DNA from: an uncultured Alphaproteobacteria bacterium
Lineage (GTDB): Bacteria > Pseudomonadota > Alphaproteobacteria > Rhizobiales > Rhizobiaceae
Length of the DNA stretch: 58,610 bases
Direction of reading: 5' to 3'
Assembly (NCBI GenBank): GCA_929200315.1
Contig: CAKMZB010000003.1
Location: 161,596 to 220,205 of the forward strand
In this document: piece by piece, positions 24,025-32,852 of the stretch
Layout: each line of letters begins with the position of its first letter
How positions within the stretch are numbered: the stretch's first letter is position 1
The notes under the pieces: model-generated
Told to the model about the DNA's origin: nothing
The model's input: only the letters and a program-made list of their open reading frames with translations
The model's database searches: none
Position numbers and translations under genes: made by a program

Positions 24025-24827
24025 TGGGCGATAGCCATGTTGTCAGCCATGTCGGCTATTGTGCGGCACAAAAGGTCAATATCTTCATCACGCGAGAGGC
24101 GATGGTCCCCATCCTTCACCAAGGTGAAGATCACCTCGTCCTGCGCCAGCAATTCCACCAACCTGCGCGCATGGTCCACCGGCACGTCCGGGTCGGCAGT
24201 GCCCTGAAGAATGCGCACGGGACAACCAAGATGCAGACCCGGCACGAGCACGCGGTTCTCGCGCCCGTCTTCAATCAGCGCACGGGTGATGATGTTGGGC
24301 TCATCGCTGTAAGCGGAGGGTTCGGAGATAAAGCCGTCTTTGTCCATCGCCGCGCGTTGCTCGTTGGTAAAGGAGGGCTCCATCAATTCGCTTGTGAAAT
24401 CCGGCGCGGGGGCAATCAGCAGCAGCCCGGCAATGCGGCCCTCTTCACCCACCTCCTTCAATCGCGCCAGCACGCGCAAAGCGACCCACGCGCCCATGGA
24501 GGAACCGACAAGCACTTGCGGTCCATCCGTCCTGGTGCAGATGATTGTAAGCGCCTCATCCACCCACAGCGAAATCGTGCCGTCTTCAAATTTGCCGCCG
24601 GACCAGCCGTGGCCGGAATAGTCAAAACGCAGCGTGGCACAGCCCGTTGCCTGCGCTTGGCTCACCATGGATTGCGCTTTGGTGCCGTCCATGTCGGAGC
24701 GGAAACCACCGAGCCAGACAAAGCCCGGATTGCCACCAGCTGACACAAGACCGCAAATGGCGTTGCCGCGCACATCTTCGCTAAAGGCTGTCTCGATACC
24801 GATCGGCTCTGCGGCGGGCTCGTTCAT
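24021..24827 (-). CDS. Alpha/beta-hydrolase fold protein
   Basis: Nucleophile elbow GSSMG plus a downstream Asp/His; 4-nt overlap with the YiiX-like gene. Confidence 0.8.
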   Translation of the reverse strand: MNEPAAEPIGIETAFSEDVRGNAICGLVSAGGNPGFVWLGGFRSDMDGTKAQSMVSQAQATGCATLRFDYSGHGWSGGKFEDGTISLWVDEALTIICTRTDGPQVLVGSSMGAWVALRVLARLKEVGEEGRIAGLLLIAPAPDFTSELMEPSFTNEQRAAMDKDGFISEPSAYSDEPNIITRALIEDGRENRVLVPGLHLGCPVRILQGTADPDVPVDHARRLVELLAQDEVIFTLVKDGDHRLSRDEDIDLLCRTIADMADNMAIAQ

Positions 24828-24883
24828 GGCGTCTTACTCCCAATTCGCAGCTTCGACACTAGCACTTTGCCAAGGGAGCCAAA

Positions 24884-26089
24884 GTGCGCCAAACCCGCGC
24901 TATGGATGAGATAAAACCGAACCGCGGCCCCGGTGCAAATGGAACCGTGCTCCAGGTCTTGCCTGAGCTTGGTTCCGGCGGCGTGGAACGCACAGCTGTG
25001 GATGTCAGCCGGGCCCTCACCCGCGCCGGTTGGACGTCCCTCGTCGCCTCCGCCGGAGGGCGACTGGTTGCCGAACTGCCGGAGGGGTCGCACCACATCA
25101 CATTGCCGCTGGCCACAAAGAATCCGTTGAGGATCGCTGCCAATATCAGTCGCATCAGACAGGTGATCGTTGAGCATAAGGTCGACATCGTCCACGCCCG
25201 CTCGCGCGCGCCGGCCTGGTCTGCCCTCGCCGCCGCTCGCCGGGAAGGAGTGGCCTTCATCACCACCTATCACGGAGCCTACGGCCAATCGAACCCGGCA
25301 AAGGGCTTCTACAATTCCGTCATGGCGCGGGGGGATGCCGTGATCGCCAATTCTGCCTGGACGGCAGAATTGGTGAAGAAGCGTTGCCCGTCCGCCATAG
25401 ATCGCATCATACCAATTCCGCGAGGCACAGATTTTGCCCGTTTCAACCCAGCGCGGGTCAACGAAGATCAACGTGCGGCAATGCGCACTCACTGGGGTGT
25501 GGCAGCTTCCGATTTCATTCTTCTCCTGCTTGGCCGTATCAGCCCCATCAAAGGGCAGGAAAATCTCATCAGAGCGGCTGCCCTTGTGGTCCCTGAGCAA
25601 CCGGCTCTGAAGATTGTCATTGCTGGCGATGCGGGCAGCAACCCCGGATACGCGGACCGCCTGCAGAGCCTGATTGCCGACTTAGATCTTGGCGACAACG
25701 TCATTCTGCCAGGCCTTTGCACGCAGCCGGAAGTTGCTTTTGCGGCAGCGGACTGCGGGGCAATGGTTTCGATCAAACCCGAGACTTTCGGCCGAACAGC
25801 CATTGAGGCGGCGGCAATGGAAAGACCGGCCGTTGTGACAGATCACGGCGGCGCAACGGAGACGGTGATCGGTGCACCACTGGAGGGATTCACCGGATGG
25901 AAAGTACCCAATGCCGATGTGGAGGCTCTCACGAAGGCGATAAGAGAAGTTATCGCACTTTCACCTGCCCAACGTCTCGAAATTGGCAAGCGCGCGCGGC
26001 TTCGCGCCAAGGGCAAATTTTCCCTCCAACGCATGTGCGCAGATACGCTCGCTGTCTACGCCGACACTTTGGCAAACCGCCGCGCGTAA
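24884..26089 (+). CDS. Glycosyltransferase family 4 (GT-B, group 1)
   Basis: N-terminal GGVERTAVD motif and C-terminal E..E.. GT1 motifs (..ETFGRTAIEAAAMERPAVVTDHGG..). The start may be the ATG at 24902 (MDEIKPN). Confidence 0.85.
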   Translation: MRQTRAMDEIKPNRGPGANGTVLQVLPELGSGGVERTAVDVSRALTRAGWTSLVASAGGRLVAELPEGSHHITLPLATKNPLRIAANISRIRQVIVEHKVDIVHARSRAPAWSALAAARREGVAFITTYHGAYGQSNPAKGFYNSVMARGDAVIANSAWTAELVKKRCPSAIDRIIPIPRGTDFARFNPARVNEDQRAAMRTHWGVAASDFILLLLGRISPIKGQENLIRAAALVVPEQPALKIVIAGDAGSNPGYADRLQSLIADLDLGDNVILPGLCTQPEVAFAAADCGAMVSIKPETFGRTAIEAAAMERPAVVTDHGGATETVIGAPLEGFTGWKVPNADVEALTKAIREVIALSPAQRLEIGKRARLRAKGKFSLQRMCADTLAVYADTLANRRA

Positions 26090-26207
26090 CACCTCATCCC
26101 CAAAGCAGAATCGAATCGGTGTGAAAGGTGTTTTCATAAGGCTTAACGTGCTATAGGCGCGCTGTAGCGAACGCTTTCCGTCCGCACCAAATAAGGAGAA
26201 GCCTGCC

Positions 26208-26744
26208 ATTCGTCGTCCACACCGAGCCGCCGCGCCGCAAAAGACCGGCCCGCGCGCCAACACTGATATTACAGTCCCCGAAGTCCAATTGATCGATGAG
26301 GAAGGGGAAAACCACGGCACCGTTTCGACAGAACGCGCGATGGAAATGGCCGCAGATGCCGGCCTCGACCTGGTTGAAATTTCCCCGTCGAACAAACCGC
26401 CGATCTGCAAGATCCTCGATTTTGGCCGCTACAAATATGCAAGCCAGAAGAAGAAGGCCGAAGCCAAGAAAAAGCAGAAGGTCATCGAGGTCAAAGAGAT
26501 CAAGATGCGCCCCAACATCGACACCCATGATTATGAGGTGAAGATGCGCAATGTCCGCCGGTTCTTCGAAGATGGCGACAAGGTGAAAGTAACCCTGCGC
26601 TTTCGTGGCCGTGAAATGGCGCACATGAACCTTGGCATGGACCTGCTTAAAAAGGTCAAGGAAGACACCGAGGAAATTGCCAAGGTGGAAGCCGAGCCGA
26701 AGCTGGAAGGCCGTCAGATGATGATGGTGTTGTCACCGCGCTAG
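26208..26744 (+). CDS. infC: Translation initiation factor IF-3, with an ATT (AUU) start codon
   Basis: The ORF track calls a TTG at 26289 (..[10 protein letters not shown]). The frame is open upstream to a stop at 26154-26156, with no ATG/GTG/TTG in between. ATT at 26208 sits 8 nt after AAGGAG and gives a conserved IF-3 N-terminus (..[16 protein letters not shown]..). Confidence 0.85.
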   Translation: MRRPHRAAAPQKTGPRANTDITVPEVQLIDEEGENHGTVSTERAMEMAADAGLDLVEISPSNKPPICKILDFGRYKYASQKKKAEAKKKQKVIEVKEIKMRPNIDTHDYEVKMRNVRRFFEDGDKVKVTLRFRGREMAHMNLGMDLLKKVKEDTEEIAKVEAEPKLEGRQMMMVLSPR

Positions 26745-26823
26745 GTTGGTTTGGGGGACTGAGGAGGCTGCCTAAGGCGTTTCTCTCTTCAACCTCTCGC
26801 TTGTCACTCCTGCAACCTCGACT

Positions 26824-26903
26824 TGTCATTTCCGCGCAGGCGGGAATCAATCTCACGGCATATTCCGTGGTGACCATGGATCCCCGCCTGCACGGGATGA
26901 CAA
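26824..26903. repeat. Palindromic MITE/REP-like intergenic element, copy 1
   Basis: Terminal inverted repeats ttgtcatttccgcgcaggcgggaatc ... gatccccgcctgcacgggatgacaa. A near-identical element is at 32721-32805. Confidence 0.75.
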
Positions 26904-26920
26904 AAGTTGGGAATAGGTCT

Positions 26921-28327
26921 TTACGCCGCCGGCAATTCCACATCGAAACGGGTGCCCGGCGCATGGTCGGGCATATGTCGAATTTTGCCACCATGGGCGC
27001 GGGTAAGTTCGGCTGCGATGCTGAGACCAAGCCCCGTCCCACCTGCCTTGCGGCTTTCCGAAAACGGGGTGAAGAGACCTGGCCGCTGTTTTTCGGGAAT
27101 GCCGGGACCGGTATCCTCAATGCAGATGCACGTTCCGCCGCCCCGCCGCTCTGCGCGGATGGTGAGACGCCGCACAGCAGCCTCCTCAACCATTCCCTCC
27201 ATCGCCTGAACGGCATTGCGGGCAAGGTTGGTCAAGACGCGGAAAAGCTGTTCTGGGTCTGCGTTGACCTCCAGGTTCTCCGGCACATCGTTGACGAACT
27301 CCACCCGCGCATCATCCTCCGCCAGGCCAACGGTCTGCGCCGCTTCCTCAGCGAGCATATGCAATTTAAGAAGACGCTTGGTGGGCACATCCTCCCCCGC
27401 ACGGCCATAGGTCAGCACGGAGGAGGCATAACCTGCCGCGCGGTCGAGCGTTCGTACCAAACGCGGGGCAAGGCGCTGCACGATGGGGTCGGAAACCGTC
27501 TCCAGCCGTTCGGAAATCAGCGCCGCCGGGGCCAGCACATTGCGCAGATCATGGTTGATCTTGGAAACCGCCAGGCCAAGTTCGACAAGGTGACGTTGCT
27601 GTTTCAGCGTGCCGCGCAGGCGGGTTTGCATTTGGGCCAATTGCTCCTCAGCAACGCCGATCTCATCATCACGCCCGGAGGGTTCAATGACATGAGCTGG
27701 ATCCTCTGGTGCGTCGGCAAAGTCCAGCATTGAAGCGGTGATGCGCTGCATCGGGCGGATGAGCAGCCAGCGCAGAACGGCAAAAACCAGCACAGCCGCG
27801 CCGAGGGAAATGAAGAAGGATATCAGCAACACATTTGCCGCATAGGAGAGCATCGCCGAGCGCAACGGCCCCTCGCTCATGACAAGCTCCAACTCCCCTT
27901 CGCGCGATTGCATCGGCCCAACGAGGCGGATCGTTCGGCTGCCATCGGAGAGCAGTGTTGCAAACGCTTCCGAGATCGAAGCCAACGCCTGCTCCCGGCC
28001 TGGCATGCGCAGGCGCATCGTCTCATCCACTCGCCCCGGCATGGCCGATTGCGCGAGCACACGTGCCGCGCCGCCGGAACGCATAACGATGAGGTCGGTG
28101 CGGGTAAGGTCGAGCAGGCTTTCCGCCATCGCCCCTTCCGTCTCTGACGGATCAAGCTGCTCCAACGCCAAAGCCGCCGCCTCCCCCGTGTTGAAGTGGC
28201 GGGCCAGCCAGGTGAGACGGTAATTGGCAACCGACGGGACGAAGACCAGGATTTCGGCCAGCATGATGAAGGCGGCTGTCACCACCAGCAATCTCCAGGA
28301 CAGCCCCCGGGGAAAGATCCTCATCAT
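26921..28327 (-). CDS. Sensor histidine kinase (HisKA + HATPase_c) with two N-terminal TM helices
   Basis: H-box KINHDLRNVLAPA, N-box ..LTNLARNAVQA.., and G boxes DTGPGI / GGTGLGLSIA. No response-regulator gene adjacent. Confidence 0.88.
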   Translation of the reverse strand: MMRIFPRGLSWRLLVVTAAFIMLAEILVFVPSVANYRLTWLARHFNTGEAAALALEQLDPSETEGAMAESLLDLTRTDLIVMRSGGAARVLAQSAMPGRVDETMRLRMPGREQALASISEAFATLLSDGSRTIRLVGPMQSREGELELVMSEGPLRSAMLSYAANVLLISFFISLGAAVLVFAVLRWLLIRPMQRITASMLDFADAPEDPAHVIEPSGRDDEIGVAEEQLAQMQTRLRGTLKQQRHLVELGLAVSKINHDLRNVLAPAALISERLETVSDPIVQRLAPRLVRTLDRAAGYASSVLTYGRAGEDVPTKRLLKLHMLAEEAAQTVGLAEDDARVEFVNDVPENLEVNADPEQLFRVLTNLARNAVQAMEGMVEEAAVRRLTIRAERRGGGTCICIEDTGPGIPEKQRPGLFTPFSESRKAGGTGLGLSIAAELTRAHGGKIRHMPDHAPGTRFDVELPAA

Positions 28328-28345
28328 ATAACCTCTTGTGCCGCG

Positions 28346-29887
28346 CTATCCGAAGGAGCGTAGCAGAGCCAGCACCTTGCGCACGATTGGTCTTTTGGCT
28401 TGCGGCGCAAGGTAGGTGGTCGCAGCCCGTTTACCGATCTCGCTCATGGTGGGATAAGGCGGCACGTATGCCGCAATGTCGTTCACCTTCATTTCCTTGG
28501 TGACCGCCAAAGCCCATAGATTGATCATCTCACCTGCGCCTTCACCGGCAATCGTCGCGCCTTCAATCTTGCCACCCTTGGAGACGACAATCTTGATGAG
28601 GCCGGTGGTTTTGCGTTCAGCCTGTGCACGGTCATTTTCGGCATAGGGCCAGCGCAAAACGGCGATGCCCTTAACCTTTGCCTCGCGTGCGCTCGCCTCG
28701 GTATGGCCGATATGGGCTAGCTCCGGCTGGGTGTAGGTCGCCCAAGGGATGATGTGGGTGTTTTCCTTCGCCCGCAGGCGAAAGAGGATGTTTCGGATAA
28801 CGAGACCGGCGTGATAGCCGGCCATGTGGGTAAACTGGAGCGAACCGGCCACATCTCCCACAGCATAAACGCGCTTGTTGGAGGTGCGCATCCTCTTGTT
28901 CACCGTAATGCCACGGCGCGTGTGTTTGATTTTGGCTTCGTCGAGCCCCACCCCGGCAACATTGGCCACGCGACCGGTCGCGACAAGGAGCGTGTCCCCT
29001 TCGATAAAATCCGATCCCTCCGCGCTTTCCACAGACACTTTGATCTTTGCGCTCTTAGCTCCCTTGGCGGCTTTGCCCTTTTCAACCCGCGTCACCTTGG
29101 TGCCTTCCAGGATCTCGATCCCCTCCCCGCGCAGCTTCTCCAGCACGAGCGCGGCACATTCAGGATCATCTTTGCCGAGCGCCTTCTCACCCTCCACCAC
29201 CGTAACATTGGCACCGAGGCGGGCATGGGCCTGCGCCATTTCCATGCCAATGGGCCCGCCACCGATAATGATCATGTTGCCGGGGGCCTTTGTGCGGTAA
29301 AACAGCGTTTCATTGGTGAAATGCTCCACCGTCTCGATGCCCGGGATCGGCGGGACGAAGGGGCTGGAGCCGGTCGCCACAACAAAACGGCGTGCCTTGA
29401 TGAGGGTTCTGCCCACCTTCACTGTCTTCTTATCGATGAACTCGCCATGACCTTTGATGACGTTGACACCGAGGGATTCAAACCGCTCCACCGAATCCAT
29501 AGGCGCGATGGACGCGATGACATCATGGATATGATCGTGGACCTTGCGAAAATTGACCTTGGGCGCACCAAGCATGACGCCAAAGTCCGGTGCCGTGCGG
29601 GCCGCATGGGCATGTTTGGCCGCCGCGATGATCGCCTTGGAGGGCACGCAGCCATAGTTCAGGCAGTCCCCGCCCATCTTGCCTTTTTCGATCAGCACCA
29701 CATCCACGCCAAAAGAGGCCGCAGCGGCGGCAACAACGAGACCGCCGGAACCTGCACCGATAACGCAAATATCGGGCGTGAGCGTCTCGCCCTTCACCTC
29801 ACCGGCGGGGGTGTCTTCGGACTTTTTCTTGGCTGCCATCGTGTCGATCAGTCTGAGGTGGAAACTTGATGCATTATGACGGTCCAT
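28346..29887 (-). CDS. Class-I pyridine-nucleotide-disulfide oxidoreductase (dihydrolipoyl dehydrogenase / mercuric-reductase family)
   Basis: FAD-binding GxGxxG (CVIGAGSGG), redox-active disulfide GGDCLNYGCVPSK, and C-terminal dimerisation domain. An alternative start is the ATG at 29839 (MAAKKKSED). Confidence 0.85.
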   Translation of the reverse strand: MDRHNASSFHLRLIDTMAAKKKSEDTPAGEVKGETLTPDICVIGAGSGGLVVAAAAASFGVDVVLIEKGKMGGDCLNYGCVPSKAIIAAAKHAHAARTAPDFGVMLGAPKVNFRKVHDHIHDVIASIAPMDSVERFESLGVNVIKGHGEFIDKKTVKVGRTLIKARRFVVATGSSPFVPPIPGIETVEHFTNETLFYRTKAPGNMIIIGGGPIGMEMAQAHARLGANVTVVEGEKALGKDDPECAALVLEKLRGEGIEILEGTKVTRVEKGKAAKGAKSAKIKVSVESAEGSDFIEGDTLLVATGRVANVAGVGLDEAKIKHTRRGITVNKRMRTSNKRVYAVGDVAGSLQFTHMAGYHAGLVIRNILFRLRAKENTHIIPWATYTQPELAHIGHTEASAREAKVKGIAVLRWPYAENDRAQAERKTTGLIKIVVSKGGKIEGATIAGEGAGEMINLWALAVTKEMKVNDIAAYVPPYPTMSEIGKRAATTYLAPQAKRPIVRKVLALLRSFG

Positions 29888-30116
29888 GCACGCGGTGGAA
29901 ACCGTCCAGGCGCTGACATATTTGGGAGGGCAGTCAGACGCGATTGACGGGCCAACCGCCTTGACTTTGCCGGTTTTGTCTCCCTATACACCCGCCACGG
30001 CCTGGAACCGGCGGTTCCGCGCGTATTTGCGTGCAGGGATCAGCCACAGTCCAGGCGGATGAATTGCAAAAAGATCGAATTTAGAGGGTCGGCCCGCAGC
30101 GCCGGCATGTAGGCTC

Positions 30117-30251
30117 ATGAAACGCACTTATCAGCCCAGCCGGCTCGTTCGCAAACGTCGCCACGGCTTCCGTTCGCGCATGGCAACTCCCGGTGGCCGC
30201 CGCGTCATCGCACGCCGCCGCACCCATGGCCGCAAGAAGCTTTCGGCTTAA
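30117..30251 (+). CDS. rpmH: 50S ribosomal protein L34
   Basis: 44-aa [47 protein letters not shown]; below the ORF-track size cut-off. Confidence 0.95.
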   Translation: MKRTYQPSRLVRKRRHGFRSRMATPGGRRVIARRRTHGRKKLSA

Positions 30252-30287
30252 GCTTCAGTTGAGCGGGCCTTCCGGTCCATTTTTAAG

Positions 30288-30767
30288 ATGAGCGCCGCTC
30301 CCATCGTGGCGCGGCTCGTGAAGCGGCAGGATTTTCTTGCCGCTCGCAAAGGCACGCGCGCCCATAGTCGTGCTTTTGTTCTGCAATTGCTTCCTCGTAA
30401 GTGCACCCAAGATGATGCGCCGCTGCGGATCGGCTTTACCGTCACCAAGAAAATCGGCAACGCCGTCATGCGCAACCGCATCAAGCGGCGGCTGCGCGAA
30501 GCGGTGAAAGAAGCAGCTTTCCCGCCAGCTCTCGCCGCCCATGATGCAGTGATAATTGCCCGCATTGAGGCGGCAGAAATTCTTTTCACCGACCTCATCA
30601 GCGACCTCGAACATGCCTTTGCCAAGGCACTTTCGCGCCCGGTGACGGCAAGAGGCGTGCGACATGATGGCAACACTGGTGAGCTAGTTGACCGTCAAGC
30701 GTTGCAAAAGAGGCCCGTAAGGGGCAAATCCCGCACAACAAAAGGCGAGCGGACAACCGGCGACTAG
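30288..30767 (+). CDS. rnpA: Ribonuclease P protein component
   Basis: RnpA RNR-motif region (..FTVTKKIGNAVMRNRIKRRLREAV..) directly after rpmH. Confidence 0.88.
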   Translation: MSAAPIVARLVKRQDFLAARKGTRAHSRAFVLQLLPRKCTQDDAPLRIGFTVTKKIGNAVMRNRIKRRLREAVKEAAFPPALAAHDAVIIARIEAAEILFTDLISDLEHAFAKALSRPVTARGVRHDGNTGELVDRQALQKRPVRGKSRTTKGERTTGD

Positions 30768-30815
30768 ATTGCCACCCAACCACCGCCTGTTTTCTGCCCA
30801 TTGAGCCAAGGCCCC

Positions 30816-32645
30816 ATGAACGACAACAACCGTAATTTTCTGCTCGCCGCCGTGCTGTCCCTTGCCGTCGTGTTTGCCTGGCAAGCCTTCATCGTCGCTC
30901 CGCGCATCGAGGCTGAGCGCGAGGCGGCAGAATTGACAGCCCAGCAAGACGCCGATGCCCCTGCTCCCGCCACAGCAAACAGCGGCACGGCCCCGGCAGA
31001 AGCTCCCGCCGCAGCACCGGGCCTTCCCAGCTCTTCGACAGGAACACCGGGCACCACCGTAGCGGAACCGGCTGCCACAGCGCAGACGAGGCGAATTGAA
31101 ATTCTAACGCCCAAGGTCGACGGTTCCATCAACCTGCGCGGTGCGCGGATTGATGATCTGAACCTTGCGCTCTACCACGAGACGGTCGACCAGACCTCGC
31201 CGGAAATCCGCCTTCTTGCACAGACCGGCACAGCAGATGCCTATTTCGCTGAATTCGGCTTCTCCCCGGACCCGGCGCTTGGCAGCCTACCCGGCCCTTC
31301 CACAGTTTGGAGCGCCCCATCGCGCGCAAAACTGACGCCGGAGACGCCGGTCACGCTCACCACCACAAACGAGCAAGGCCTTACCTTCGAGCGTACCATC
31401 GCAGTGGACGAAGACTATATGTTCACGATCACAGATGTCGTGCGCAACGCTGATGCGGCGCCTGTGGCGCTGCGCCCTTATGGCCGCCTTGCCCGCTATG
31501 GCGAGCCGGAGACCGAAGGCATTTATGTCATCCATGAGGGTCTCATTGGCTCCGTCGGCGATCAGGGTCTCGACGAGATCGACTACGACGACATTCAAGA
31601 CGATCGGCAGATTGTGAAAGAACCGGCCAATGATGGCTGGATCGGCATTACCGACAAATACTGGGCGACGGCACTGATACCGGGCCAGCGCTTCACCGCC
31701 CACTACAATTATTACGCCCCCACGGGTCAAGCGCCGTTTTACCAAGCCGATTATCTGGGTGAAGCCGTCAATGTACCGGCCAATGGTGAGTTGACGCTGA
31801 TCAACCGTCTCTTTGCCGGAGCCAAGGTGGTGAGTGTTATCGATGGTTATCAGGACAGCCTCGACATCCCGCTTTTCTCCAACCTCATCGATTGGGGCTG
31901 GTTCTACTTCCTGACAAAGCCAATGTTTGCGGTGATGGACTGGATCTACAAATCCGTCGGCAATTTCGGCGTCTCGATCCTTCTCGTTACCGTCATCGTC
32001 AAATTAATCTTCTTCCCCCTCGCCAACCTGTCCTACAAATCCATGGCGCGGATGAAGAAAGTGCAGCCGCAAATGACGGAGATCCGCGAGCGCCACGGCG
32101 ACGACCGCGCCGCCATGCAGAAGGCAATGATGCAGCTCTACAAGACCGAAAAGATCAATCCCGCCGCCGGCTGCTGGCCGATGCTGTTGCAGATCCCGGT
32201 CTTCTTTGCGCTCTACAAGGTGATCTACGTGACCATCGAGATGCGCCACGCGCCGTTCTTCGGCTGGGTGAACGATCTCTCCGCACCTGACCCGACCTCA
32301 ATTCTCAACCTCTTTGGCCTGCTGCCCTTTGACAGCCCGGCCGCGTTGGCGATTGTTGCTATTGGTGTGTGGCCGCTGGTCATGGGCATCACGATGTTTG
32401 TTCAGATGCAGATGAACCCGGCCCCGCCGGACCCGACCCAAGCCATGATCTTCAAGTGGATGCCGATCATGTTCACCTTCATGCTCGCCACTTTCCCGGT
32501 GGGTTTGGTAATCTACTGGGCCTGGAACAACACACTTTCAGTGCTCCAACAGGGCTTCATCATGCACCGGCAGGGCGTGAAGATTGAGCTTTGGGACAAT
32601 CTGAAACGCATGTTCGGGCGCAAGAAGGCGGATGCGGACGCTTAG
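30816..32645 (+). CDS. yidC: Membrane protein insertase YidC
   Basis: N-terminal TM anchor, large periplasmic domain, C-terminal 5-TM insertase core. The track starts at a TTG at 30801; the ATG at 30816 (MNDNNRNFLL) is the likely start. Confidence 0.92.
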   Translation: MNDNNRNFLLAAVLSLAVVFAWQAFIVAPRIEAEREAAELTAQQDADAPAPATANSGTAPAEAPAAAPGLPSSSTGTPGTTVAEPAATAQTRRIEILTPKVDGSINLRGARIDDLNLALYHETVDQTSPEIRLLAQTGTADAYFAEFGFSPDPALGSLPGPSTVWSAPSRAKLTPETPVTLTTTNEQGLTFERTIAVDEDYMFTITDVVRNADAAPVALRPYGRLARYGEPETEGIYVIHEGLIGSVGDQGLDEIDYDDIQDDRQIVKEPANDGWIGITDKYWATALIPGQRFTAHYNYYAPTGQAPFYQADYLGEAVNVPANGELTLINRLFAGAKVVSVIDGYQDSLDIPLFSNLIDWGWFYFLTKPMFAVMDWIYKSVGNFGVSILLVTVIVKLIFFPLANLSYKSMARMKKVQPQMTEIRERHGDDRAAMQKAMMQLYKTEKINPAAGCWPMLLQIPVFFALYKVIYVTIEMRHAPFFGWVNDLSAPDPTSILNLFGLLPFDSPAALAIVAIGVWPLVMGITMFVQMQMNPAPPDPTQAMIFKWMPIMFTFMLATFPVGLVIYWAWNNTLSVLQQGFIMHRQGVKIELWDNLKRMFGRKKADADA

Positions 32646-32720
32646 GGGCTGAAGCCTGCCACCACCCAAATAGTCTTCCTCGAGCTTGTCCCGAGGACCC
32701 AGCGCAGTCAGCACTCTCCG

Positions 32721-32805
32721 TTGTCATTCCCGCGCAGGCAGGAATCCATGTCGGGGTGATTTCATTGTGGCAAAGGTGGATTCCCGCCTGCGCGGGAATG
32801 ACAAG
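32721..32805. repeat. Palindromic MITE/REP-like intergenic element, copy 2
   Basis: ttgtcattcccgcgcaggcaggaatcc ... ggattcccgcctgcgcgggaatgacaag. It produces the spurious ORF 32591..32911. Confidence 0.75.
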
Positions 32806-32852
32806 TGTTGGGTGGGTGAGACTGACAATGTTGGGGCGACTAACTGAACCCC

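Noticed and set aside
26824-26903. Naming the repeat as the Neisseria dRS3/NIME element
   Set aside because: Only the short core ATTCCC-N8-GGGAAT resembles dRS3, and the host is clearly an alphaproteobacterium. The resemblance is probably convergent, so I describe the element generically.
30598-30801. Search for yidD (membrane protein insertion efficiency factor) between rnpA and yidC, including the minus ORF 30598..30801
   Set aside because: No frame gives the YidD cysteine-rich motif. The minus-strand ORF is antisense to the rnpA 3' end and has no homology pattern.
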